A DNA stretch of 63,240 nucleotides, the filler included, from Diploschistes diacapsis (Eukaryota), in assembly GCA_023645945.1 (NCBI GenBank). It is 24 parts of 24 records of this genome, joined end to end, with 100 filler letters (N's around TTAATTAATTAA, not from the genome) between each part and the next. Parts side by side here need not be neighbours in the genome. Positions count along the whole stretch, not along the records: positions 23,456 to 24,532 come from JALAIB010004054.1; positions 24,633 to 25,709 come from JALAIB010004055.1; positions 25,810 to 26,886 come from JALAIB010004056.1; positions 26,987 to 28,063 come from JALAIB010004057.1; positions 28,164 to 29,239 come from JALAIB010004058.1; positions 29,340 to 30,415 come from JALAIB010004059.1; positions 30,516 to 49,144 come from JALAIB010000406.1; 17 more parts are not named here. One strand, 5' to 3'. The position numbers and the translations under genes are program-made. Below, piece by piece: positions 23,991-33,516 of the stretch. The notes beneath the pieces were generated by a model. It was not told the origin of the DNA. It worked only from the letters and a program-made list of their open reading frames with translations, and did no database searches. Within the stretch, counting starts at the first letter, position 1; every line of letters begins with the position of its first letter.

Positions 23991-24154
23991 TAATACGCGA
24001 ATTTATAAAATAAAATTTATAGCTTCTAAAGAAGATACTGATAATTAATATAATAAATTATCGTAAGAATTGATTGCGTAAATGTAATTATAACTCGTAC
24101 GAATCGAGAAGGGTATCCGCTCGCTATAAGTGTCCGCTCGCTATGCATATACGT
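23991..24154 (-). mobile_element. pogo/Fot1-type DNA transposon family G terminus
   Basis: On the minus strand TA|ACGTATATGCATAGCGAGCGGACACTTATAGCGAGCGGATAC: ACGT-start TIR with an internal direct repeat. Same end at 50991; other end at 49483. Confidence 0.78.
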
Positions 24155-24156
24155 TA

Positions 24157-24233
24157 AGGATAAAAGTTTGCAAAATAGGATAACCTCCTAGAAAGACCTC
24201 TAGACTTCAATACATCCATTACGTTGCTCAACA
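24157..24233 (+). repeat. 3' part of Copia LTR family A, interrupted by the family G transposon
   Basis: CTCTAGACTTCAATACATCCATTACGTTGCTCAACA matches the 3' end of family A LTRs. Confidence 0.72.
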
Positions 24234-24308
24234 AAACGTTTAGTTTTCGATATTCTACGTAGAATCGGAAATCTCCGTTAATCTTCTTAATAAACAATAT
24301 AAAAACAC
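24234..24308 (-). mobile_element. Short Gypsy reverse transcriptase fragment
   Basis: VFILFIKKINGDFRFYVEYRKLN is a RIP-mutated version of the SPILFVKKxxGxLRFCVDYRKLN motif. Confidence 0.7.
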
Positions 24309-24310
24309 TA

Positions 24311-24532
24311 ACGTGTTTCACGGGGATTCCGGCCACCCCCAGAGTCCGGCCACCTCAAATCATTATTTTCATCTTATATTCGATCTTTCTCAACAATAAT
24401 TACCTCGTATAATAATAATTCGATTATAATAGAATCTAATATTAACGACTTTTTATAAGTTTTAAAATTATAATAATATATTAACATTCGAGAAACTGTC
24501 CGCGCATTTAAAATATTTCGATCGATTATTAT
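24311..24532 (-). mobile_element. pogo/Fot1-type family F right end
   Basis: TA|ACGTGTTTCACGGGGATTCCGGCCACCCCCAGAGTCCGGCCACCTCAAATCA matches the terminus at 19322-19374. Confidence 0.8.
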
Positions 24533-25122
24533 NNNNNNNNNNNNNNNNNNNNNNNNNNNNNNNNNNNNNNNNNNNNTTAATTAATTAANNNNNNNNNNNN
24601 NNNNNNNNNNNNNNNNNNNNNNNNNNNNNNNNGAAATAGAAATATCTTTAGATAAATACCGCCTTTCTATCTAACTATATTTAAGAGAATAAAATATAAA
24701 AGAACGGGTCTAGAAACACGATTACGTCGAAAAAAAAATAATAAAGATAATAAACTATTAAATATTTTAGTTACCGGAAAGGTACAAAACTATATTAAGG
24801 TATAAAGATAACGAAATAAAGATTTCCTGCTAATAAAACTTATATTAAATTCGTTATAAGACAGCGAACTATTAAAGGAAAGGTCGTATATAAACATAAA
24901 AATAGGCCGTAGACTTAATAGGGGTGGTCCCTACAGAACAGCTCCATTTAAGGAAGCATACTAGATAGATCTAGACAATCAATGCATCCTACACCTCACA
25001 AAATGTCCTACTTAGATATGCTGTTGACTACGAGATCACACTACATTCCCCTACTACACCACCTACGACTATCTACCTACTACAGCAAGAGAAGTCTCCC
25101 TAGACAGCGCGCCTTGTGTTTA

Positions 25123-25475
25123 TAATAGTATTCATGAACTAATCTCTAGAAAGGAAAGTAGGAGATTTCCTTCTGAAAACTCCTTTTATATAAGCCCGCG
25201 GCCTTGACGCGGTATTAAGGCTAAGATCTTCCGCTCGCCCAGAAAACTGTTATAAATATCTATTATAAATATCTTTTTTTTTTAGTTCTAAATTTTTAAA
25301 ACCGTTACTTACGTTTATCCAAAAACTCCCGTAAAGATCTCGATATATTTCCGTTAATTCCGCGGAAGAATAACGGGTATAAATCTACCGTTAAACGGGA
25401 AATTTATCGGCACGATTTCGATTAATTAATATACGAATCGATATCGGTTCCTTAATACGCGGGACGCGGATATAA
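25123..25475 (-). mobile_element. LTR family E (partial LTR 25123-25254 plus 3' internal sequence)
   Basis: Reverse-complement similarity to 23600-23950. Confidence 0.65.
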
Positions 25476-25477
25476 GT

Positions 25478-25709
25478 TGTTTGGCAACGAAATGGATATA
25501 TTGAAGTCTAGAGGTCTTATCCTATGAAGATATCCTACTACGCAGACTTTTATACCCTACGGGATCCGCTAAGCCTTATTACCAACATTACTTTCGATCG
25601 GTTTAGTCAGGGTTTTAAAAAATTTAGCTAAATTGAACATCGGAGTTCAGCTAAACTGAACCCCCGATTAGAATTTAATTGAACTTCCAGCCATGCTTTC
25701 TATTTATCT
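25478..25709 (-). repeat. Copia LTR family A
   Basis: Reverse complement ends ...AGACTTCAATATATCCATTTCGTTGCCAAACA and contains GCATGGCTGGAAGTTCA. Confidence 0.75.
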
Positions 25710-25809
25710 NNNNNNNNNNNNNNNNNNNNNNNNNNNNNNNNNNNNNNNNNNNNTTAATTAATTAANNNNNNNNNNNNNNNNNNNNNNNNNNNNNNNNNNN
25801 NNNNNNNNN

Positions 25810-25951
25810 TGTGCCCTGCTCCCACCTAGATAGTTCCTTCTTCACCTTTTCGAATCTGAACCATTCAGCCTACAGATTGCAGCTACACGTGATCCTTCCA
25901 GATTAGGCCCAGCCCCTGGTTGTGTAGTATTCCTGTAGGGGCGTTCTAAAA
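25810..25951 (+). repeat. 3' part of LTR family D
   Basis: CCACCTAGATAGTTCCTTCTTCACCTTTTCGAATC...GGCCCAGCCCCTGG...GGCGTTCTAAAAC matches 27424-27570 (reverse), 29715-29905 and 58130-58262. Confidence 0.65.
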
Positions 25952-26656
25952 CGTATTAATCAGATATAACTATTCTTTTATCGTTTCTTTTAACGTCATA
26001 TATATAGTTTCGCAGCTGCTAAGCGCCACTATTTTTTATAAGATAAATATCTAAGAAATGGCGCTAGTCCCGATTAAAAATAAATAACCGTTAATTGATT
26101 TTCGACTTTCATAATCCTTCCTCTAATCAGAATCGCAGTAGCCTTTTAAACTATAAAAGGTCTGATTATATAATATACCGAAATTCTAGATATAATGTAA
26201 ATATTAGTAAACGCTGTTTAGCGCCGAAAAGTGATCTAGACCTAGCTTCTATATAACTCTAACGTATAGTCCTATTAGATAAATTAAATCGGGCCTAATC
26301 ATTATCGTTAAATAAATAAACGACCTTATTTATTATTAATATGTCTTGATGTCATCCGCGCTAACCTGTTCGGAATTAGGCTTCAACCTTATTCCTATTC
26401 GGCAAGGATTAGCTGCGGTTTTAATGCCTTTTTGATATTTTTCTAGGCATTGTTTGGCGTATCCTCGCTGAGTAATCGTCGTATTTTTTTCCGGTCTCGG
26501 ATAATTTCAATACCGACGTATCGACTAGCTTGGCCCATATTAATTATCTCGAATTCAGCCGTTAATTTATCGAATATATTATTAACTGTTTCTTTATTGG
26601 CTGAAAATACCAGCATGTTGTCCACATATGTTAGAATGATGACTAATATATTAACC
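25952..26656 (-). mobile_element. Ty1/Copia reverse transcriptase to RNase H, RIP-degraded
   Basis: ILTYVDNMLV (YVDD-like), MGQASRYVGIEI, IRPDL, KGYCDSD*...SRKSINGYLF, VALSSCET. Confidence 0.88.
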
Positions 26657-26658
26657 TA

Positions 26659-26886
26659 ACGTGTTTGACGGGGATTCCGGCTACCCCCAGATTCCGGCCA
26701 CTTTTGCCAAGAAATATTTTAAATCATTAATAATTCATCGAAATTAGCCGTTATTTTTGTTTTTTTTACGAAATATTGTTTTTCGACCATTTTTTATCAT
26801 AACGTGTTTGACGGTCAGCTCGGCCACCCCCAAAGCTCGGCCACTTTTGCCAGGAAATATTTTAAATCTTTAATAACTCTTCGAAT
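26659..26886 (+). mobile_element. Two nested left ends of pogo/Fot1-type family F (26659 and 26802)
   Basis: Both begin TA|ACGTGTTTGACGG and continue ...CGGCCACTTTTGCCA(A/G)GAAATATTTTAAATC. Confidence 0.8.
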
Positions 26887-26986
26887 NNNNNNNNNNNNNN
26901 NNNNNNNNNNNNNNNNNNNNNNNNNNNNNNTTAATTAATTAANNNNNNNNNNNNNNNNNNNNNNNNNNNNNNNNNNNNNNNNNNNN

Positions 26987-27420
26987 GGATAAGTAATTCT
27001 TAATTATTTATATTGTAATTAATTTTTATTAATAATATCTTTCTCGAATAACAGGTTATCCACCGTTATTTATTGTTGTTATTTAGTTATAATAAATTTA
27101 TTATAATAGCTAGTCCTGAAGTATCGGTTTCGATTCGTATTAATTAATTTAAATTATAGAATCCTAGAATAGGTATATTAACCGTCAAATTTTTAAATTT
27201 TTAAAAGGCCTGTTCTTAATTCCATATTTATTTAAAAGGTAAATCTTTTTTAATAAATTTTATTAATAGGTCTATTATTTTTAAATAATCTTTAATAAAT
27301 TATCGATTATAGTTAACGAATTTTAAAAAAGATTAAACGTCTTTTACGTTTTTTAGATTTAATTATTTAACAATCGATTGTATTTTCTTCGAATCGATTT
27401 TAACGTTTTTTCGTTTTATA
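26987..27420 (-). mobile_element. Gypsy RT connection / RNase H remnant
   Basis: KNVKDV*SFLKFVNYNR*FIKDY...EQAF*KFK...IETDTSGLA...CYSRK...NYNINN*ELLI. Confidence 0.8.
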
Positions 27421-27423
27421 ACG

Positions 27424-27797
27424 TGTTTTTGAAACGCCAGCGCAGGAAAGGATGCTACTTTACCGGGGGCTGGGCCTGATCCGGAAGGATTAGGTGTAGT
27501 TTGGGCATCTGTAGGTAAAAGGTCTCGATTCGAAAAGCTGAAGAAGAAACTATTTAGGTGAAAGGAGGGTACCGTTAAGTAATGTGGATGTCAGACTTAC
27601 CGGGATTCGGGGATTACCTATCTATATAATCATTTCCTGACCCTGCCCTGGCTTGGCAAGCCTCTAGGCACTAATCCTGCCGTGGTTTAGCAGGTACCTG
27701 GGCATTAAGCCTGCCGTGTCTTGGCAGGTATTTGGGCATTAACCCTGCCGTGGCTTGGTAGGCCCCTGGGCTGGGCTGTCTTATTACCCCCTTCTCC
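27424..27797 (-). repeat. LTR family D 3' LTR (27424-27783) with polypurine tract and four 34-bp tandem units (27641-27776)
   Basis: Minus strand GGAGAAGGGGGTAA|TAAGACAGCCCAGCCCAGGGGCC...GGCGTTTCAAAAACA. Plus-strand unit consensus is about CCTGCCGTGGCTTGGCAGGTACCTGGGCATTAA. Confidence 0.75.
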
Positions 27798-28269
27798 AGA
27801 TATTTGTGTCTCTTATAAGCGCGATACTCTTTTTTAATCAATCTTTATCTCGATCTTCACCCCTTTTTTGTAAGGCCTGCGGGGTTACACATCTGCCACC
27901 TGCTGCCACAGCCACGCACCTACATATAGTGTAATAGGGAAACAGTGCTTCGGGGTTCTTGAAAGTATTGTAGTTAGTCTTTTGGTTCAGTGGGATAGCG
28001 CTATCTATTAGGTACTTCTTTTCGCTGTTATAGTTATGCTTTCAGTTTCTAGATCGTTGGTTCNNNNNNNNNNNNNNNNNNNNNNNNNNNNNNNNNNNNN
28101 NNNNNNNTTAATTAATTAANNNNNNNNNNNNNNNNNNNNNNNNNNNNNNNNNNNNNNNNNNNNAAGTTTATAAAACTTAATAAATCCTATTAATATAAAA
28201 ACTTACATATAAACTCTTTTTTCTAATTAAAATTCTAGATATTTAGACTTCAATATATACGTTATTCAA

Positions 28270-28740
28270 AAAATTATAAACCCGGGTTAATTTACTATCC
28301 CGTCGCGTTTATATATTGAAAGTAATATTTCCGTGTAAATATCACCGTTACGATTACGAGATTTAATTACGCTATTTATTATAGATTCGGAGGCAGCCAA
28401 CAGGCTGATAGCGGAGGGTCTTCTCTGGGACAATGACATCCACGACTACGAGCCATTTCACGGAAACTGCCGAATCACGCAATGCTTTAATTACTATAAC
28501 TTTAAGCACATAACAGCCCGCTGCGAACGACCGAAGCACTACGGGTTCTACGCGGGAACGACTTACGAAACGAACGCCTACTCAATAAAAAAGTAATCTT
28601 AAGGCCACAAATACGTAAACTATAACCACAAAAATCACCCGTTATGGTCGAAATAATATCTCGTAAATCAAACGATAGCGAACCGCGTTCGCAAAAAATA
28701 TAATATAAAGCCGAAAATATTCCGAAAATAAGCCGTAACG
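28270..28740 (+). mobile_element. LINE (Tad1-like) ORF1/gag zinc-knuckle region, RIP-degraded
   Basis: AANRLIAEGLLWDNDIHDYEPFHGNCRITQCFNYYNFKHITARCERPKHYGFYAGTTYET...HKYVNYNHKNHPLWSK*Y: three CCHC knuckles with many Cys>Tyr changes. Confidence 0.8.
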
Positions 28741-29339
28741 CACTTTTCGACGATTATCATAAAATATAAAGAACGATCGTATTTTTACGTCTAATCTTCC
28801 CGTTCCTTCCCCTTAATTTCCTTTACCGTCCTAATTATTTCACCCGATTCGCTCCACTTCCCGCCTTTAGACGGCCTCCGGGACCCGATCGAAAACCCGC
28901 TTAGAACCATAATACTAACAAATCTAACGCGTATTAAACCGGAATCCAGCAAAAAAATAAAAAAAATCGTCATAAAAAACCAAAACGACAAAAATACGAA
29001 AAGAATAAAAGACACGGGTCCGGAAAAAGAACGAACGCGCGTCGATAATATAACGATAATAACCCGTTAAAAAAGCTAACCTATAACGAAACGATTATAA
29101 AAATTCGTAAAAAGTTCGGCCGATATCCGATCTTTTTAAATTAATGATCCGGAAAGCCCACGCGAGATAAGAAAAGATAACGGGAATAATATTTTCTTAA
29201 TAATTAATTTATATTAAATATTATTATTTATTAATATAANNNNNNNNNNNNNNNNNNNNNNNNNNNNNNNNNNNNNNNNNNNNTTAATTAATTAANNNNN
29301 NNNNNNNNNNNNNNNNNNNNNNNNNNNNNNNNNNNNNNN

Positions 29340-29714
29340 GAATTTATTTATATTATAATTAACTATTAACGAATCTTAAAATATATATATAAAAACGAGA
29401 ATAAGTTCGATCTATATAAGCGATCGAAATAATAACGATATAAATCGAGTTAACTATTTAATCTATTTTAATAAATAAAAAAAGGACTATAAAGATAATT
29501 CTGAAGGATTAGAATAAGAAAAAGAGAAATAATTGTAAAATCAAGTAAAGTGTATATCAATAATCGGACAAGCGGCATTCAAGGTCTTGGCTTGCGGGTA
29601 CTTAAAGGGGGATTTTGCCTTTCTTACTCTCTCCTCTTCTTTAGTAATTAGTCCTAGCATGAATCTGCTTTGCGTGCAGCCATCTTGTTATATTGTCGTA
29701 TTCCACCCTTTACA
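29340..29714 (+). mobile_element. LTR family B 3' end: internal sequence, purine tract and 3' LTR (29534-29714), inserted into an LTR D
   Basis: The same internal sequence plus LTR occurs inverted at 52300-52669; 181-bp LTR with TG...CA ends; an LTR D 3' half follows at 29715-29905. Confidence 0.8.
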
Positions 29715-29905
29715 AACCCGAACCCCGTAGGGCTGGTATTCATATACTATTTATTCCTGCCACCTTCTTATCTAAATAGTTTCTTCTCTAGCTTTTCGAA
29801 TCGAGACCTTTTACCTGCAGATGCCTAGCTACACGTAATCTCACCGGATCAGGCCCAGCCTCCGGTATTGTAGTATCCCATTCCTGCGCTGGCGTTTCAA
29901 AAACA

Positions 29906-30249
29906 ATCGATCTTAGTTGAAAAGATATTTAAATAAACTAACATGCTAGATAATTCCGTCTATAAAGAAGTGTTAAACAGGTAGACGGAAAATATGGCTA
30001 TAAGCTCGGCTTATTCCAAAAAATTTACTAAAAAACCCCGGGAAATTTAGTTCAAATGAATTTACCGAGGTTCAGTTCAGTTCAGTTTAACTAAATCTTA
30101 TGGAATCTGGTGGAATCCTGACTAGACCGATCAGGTATAGTGTGGGCAGTAGGGCTTAGCGAGTCCCGTGGGGTATAAAAGTTTGCACAGTAGGATACTT
30201 CCTAGGATAAGACCTCTAGACTTCAATATATCCATTACGTTGCCAAACA
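29906..30249 (+). mobile_element. Copia family A 3' end: RIP-mutated polypurine tract and 3' LTR (29971-30249)
   Basis: The upstream sequence matches the post-RNase H segment at 55685-55746; LTR reads TGTTAAACAGG...GTTGCCAAACA. Confidence 0.75.
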
Positions 30250-30515
30250 CTTTCTTTTATTATTTAAGTATTTTATTTAAAACTGAATCTAAATCGTTAA
30301 AAATAGATGATATCGAGTTATTTAAAATGTATATAACAGGCAATACTGGTGGCTGATTATCAAAAACGTAATTAATTTTTTTTATTTTTAAGGTATATGT
30401 GTAACAGCGGGGGTANNNNNNNNNNNNNNNNNNNNNNNNNNNNNNNNNNNNNNNNNNNNTTAATTAATTAANNNNNNNNNNNNNNNNNNNNNNNNNNNNN
30501 NNNNNNNNNNNNNNN

Positions 30516-32425
30516 CTCTTTTTCCCCCTCCCCGTCCTTCTTCCTCCCCTCCGCTTCTGAAATCTCCCTCATCACCTCTTCAGCCTCTCTTGAATACCGC
30601 TGCCTCCTCCTAATCGCGCCGCCGTACCGATAGAACAAGAACGGCGCCGGGACGCACGCCAGCGCCAGGAACGCCGGGACCGACGACGCCCAGTGGATGC
30701 CGAGGCGGGTGTACATTTGGTTGGTGAAGAGCGGGAAGGCGAAGCCGAAGAGGGAGCGCAGGACGGAGTTTGCTGCGAGCACGCTGGCGGCGTAGATAGT
30801 GTAGGCGTCGATCAGGTAGTTCATTATTGACTGTGATGAGGGGAAAAAAGGGGGTATTAGTTTTGGGGGAGCAGAAGACAGGATAGGGGAGAAAGTCGGG
30901 GTAGTTTGGCGCGCTGGATAGGGGAGTATTGGGGGGGGGGTTGTGATGGGCTGTTTGTGTTTGGAGGTACGCAATAGCGGCCAGTCGGCGTAGCAGGAGA
31001 GGAAAAGTAGAAGCACGGACGGACGCAGAAACAGGACATGCCAAAGAAAGCGAGATTGATAAAACGAAGAGAAGGAAAGCGCACCCTCAGACTAACCAAA
31101 AACACAAGCACCATCCCTGCCCCGAACGGAATTCCCGCCACCACGCTCGCCGCCCAGCTAATCTCTGGCCCGTTTGTCCACGCAAACCAGAACAGCCCCA
31201 CGGGCAACAAGACGCTGCCCGCGAGACTGATCCGCAGCCTCTCCTCCGGCGCCGCCCCGTACTCGCCCCTCGCCTTCGCCTCGTCGTTCAGCCTCGCATA
31301 CCGGCCGTTGTCCGGAATCACGTACCCTATCGCCGCCAGGAATCCGACCGCGACGCCAATGAACGCCAGCCCGCCGACGCCCTGCGACCAGCCACGCTGC
31401 TGCTGGTAAACGATCGGATAGGCCGCGAAGAGCAGGTACAGGGTGCCGTAGACGATGGCCATGTATATGGAGGTTATGGTGACGATGGGCTCGCGGAAGA
31501 GGAGGATCCAGGGGCGGGACAGGTTTGTTTTGAAGAGCTGCGATGGCGACTGTGGTGGTTTGTTGAGGTCCAGCTTCGAGACGTAGTGCTTGCCCGTCTG
31601 CTTGCTCAGGGACGCTGCGCGGGCCCGCAGGAGGACGGGCGCGTACGTCTCCGGGATTGTGAGCACGCCGAGGACCCAGGCCGCGCCCGAGAAGATGGCC
31701 AGCAGGCCCTCGAGCCAGCGCCACCCGATCGACTCGCCTACGAATCCGCCCACTATGGGGCCTAGCGCGGGACCCATGAAGGGCGCCATGGAGAACAGCG
31801 CCATGGCCAGGCCCCTCTCGTTGGCTGGAAACATGTCGGCTATCACGCCACCTGCATTGGTAAGCGGACTGCTCCCGAAGGCGCCCGCGAAAAACCGCAG
31901 TATCAGCAGAGTCTGCATGTTTTGGCTGCCTGCCGCGGCTGCGTTGAACGCCGTCAGCACCCCGTAGGTCCCAAAATATAGCACTTGCCGCCCGTACAGT
32001 TCGCTCATAGGCGCCCAGAGCAGCGGACCGATTGCGAAGCCGAGCACGAATAGCGATATGCCGAGCGTGGCGACTTGCTCGGTGCACTGGAACTGCTCGA
32101 TGACCTGCTGCACGCCGCCGGAGTAGGCGGAGGAGCTGAAGGATACGGCGAGCGTCGCGATGCCCAGGACTACGGCGATGAACCAGCGCTTAAGTTTGAA
32201 GAAAAGCATTGGATTGCGCGGGTCGTTTGGGATGAACTCCACGGAGTAAGGGTCCTCGGGGGTGCCGGAACCGGGGTAATGGTGGTAGCGGACGGCAGGG
32301 GTGACGACGGAGTGGGAGGTCAGTAGGGTGAAGTGCGAGGGTTTCTTGGAGGATAAAGAAGGATCATGGTCGCTGGTGATGCCGTTGTTGTCGAGGGTAC
32401 GGGAGGAAGAGGAGCTGGAGGCCAT
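30516..32425 (-). CDS. MFS drug:H+ antiporter, DHA1 family (Tpo1/Flu1-like); 3'-truncated at gap
   Basis: [99 protein letters not shown]. Intron 30831-31096. Confidence 0.95.
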
Positions 32426-33516
32426 GATCGAGGCAGTGGTGGAGAGTGAGCCGGAGCTCCTAAGGCAAGGTAGGGAGGGGGAAGTCACAAAACGAAGCGC
32501 AAAGTGCTGAAGGCGAAGAGGCCAAGGAGAGACGCCAAAGACAATCACAAAATGCTCATCGAGGTCTCAACATGCAGAGACGAAGAAAAATGAGAAACAC
32601 AGAGTGGGTACATCGGTGACGATGGGCGACAATCGACAATCTACAAGGGTGTGCGCTGTCTTTCAAAGATTATTGGACGATTGACCACTACTGTCGACAC
32701 TGCACACCTGGAAGCCAAACAACCAAGAGATCTATCCACCTTAATAAGAAGCAGCGAAAAAGGAAACATCATATACATACTCCGGCATTATCTGACCTGT
32801 GTGACATCTTAAAGGAGCGGGTCTCCATGACCGTGGTGAGTGCGCTAGAAGCCGCTTATCCGGCTCGGCCGCTCTGATGCTGCGCTCGTTTTCATCCTCT
32901 TGCAAAGTAGCATTGGAATGTCAAAAGTTGTGGTATCGTTCTTCCAGATGATGACATCTGCTTTGTAAAGACAAAACATCTTTCCGCACCTAGCTGAAGG
33001 TGGATGTGCGATATACAAAGCGAAAGAGATTCAATGTATGTTAAGGGGGTAATGATGGAGCGGTCACGTGCTCAGCCTACCTCGGACTTAAGATCCGTGC
33101 GGGCATGAGCGCTTTTTATATCCGATCTTCCGAATGCGGGCAGCTACCTTTGTCTTGCGTGGAAGAGGAGGAACCACAATTGAAGCCGGACAAAAGACTC
33201 GTATATGCGTTGCGTTGCCCCATGGGGCTTCCTTATATGCCCGAAAAAGCGACTCGGATATCTCGCGTGGGGTTTCCCCAGCGTTCAACCAGTAAAAGAG
33301 CCTTGATCATCAAGATAAAAAGCAGCACGAGCATCCCCAATCCCACGGCCCCGGGCACCGCATGCATGCACTTATACTTTCGCACAACACTATCCGTGCG
33401 TCTAGAAGCAGAGACCCGAGTCCAAAAACTCTAATCAAACAAGCATATTGCATCTCACTAAACCACAACATCTCCACAGCCAGATACATACATGACCAAC
33501 GAGCCTCGGCACCGCC

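Noticed and set aside
24885..25122. A further LTR family preceded by a chromodomain-like remnant
   Set aside because: Only one copy in the window and too degraded to define ends or frame.
27641..27776. Palindromic 34-bp repeats as a CRISPR array
   Set aside because: Head-to-tail units without spacers, inside a fungal LTR, with no cas genes.
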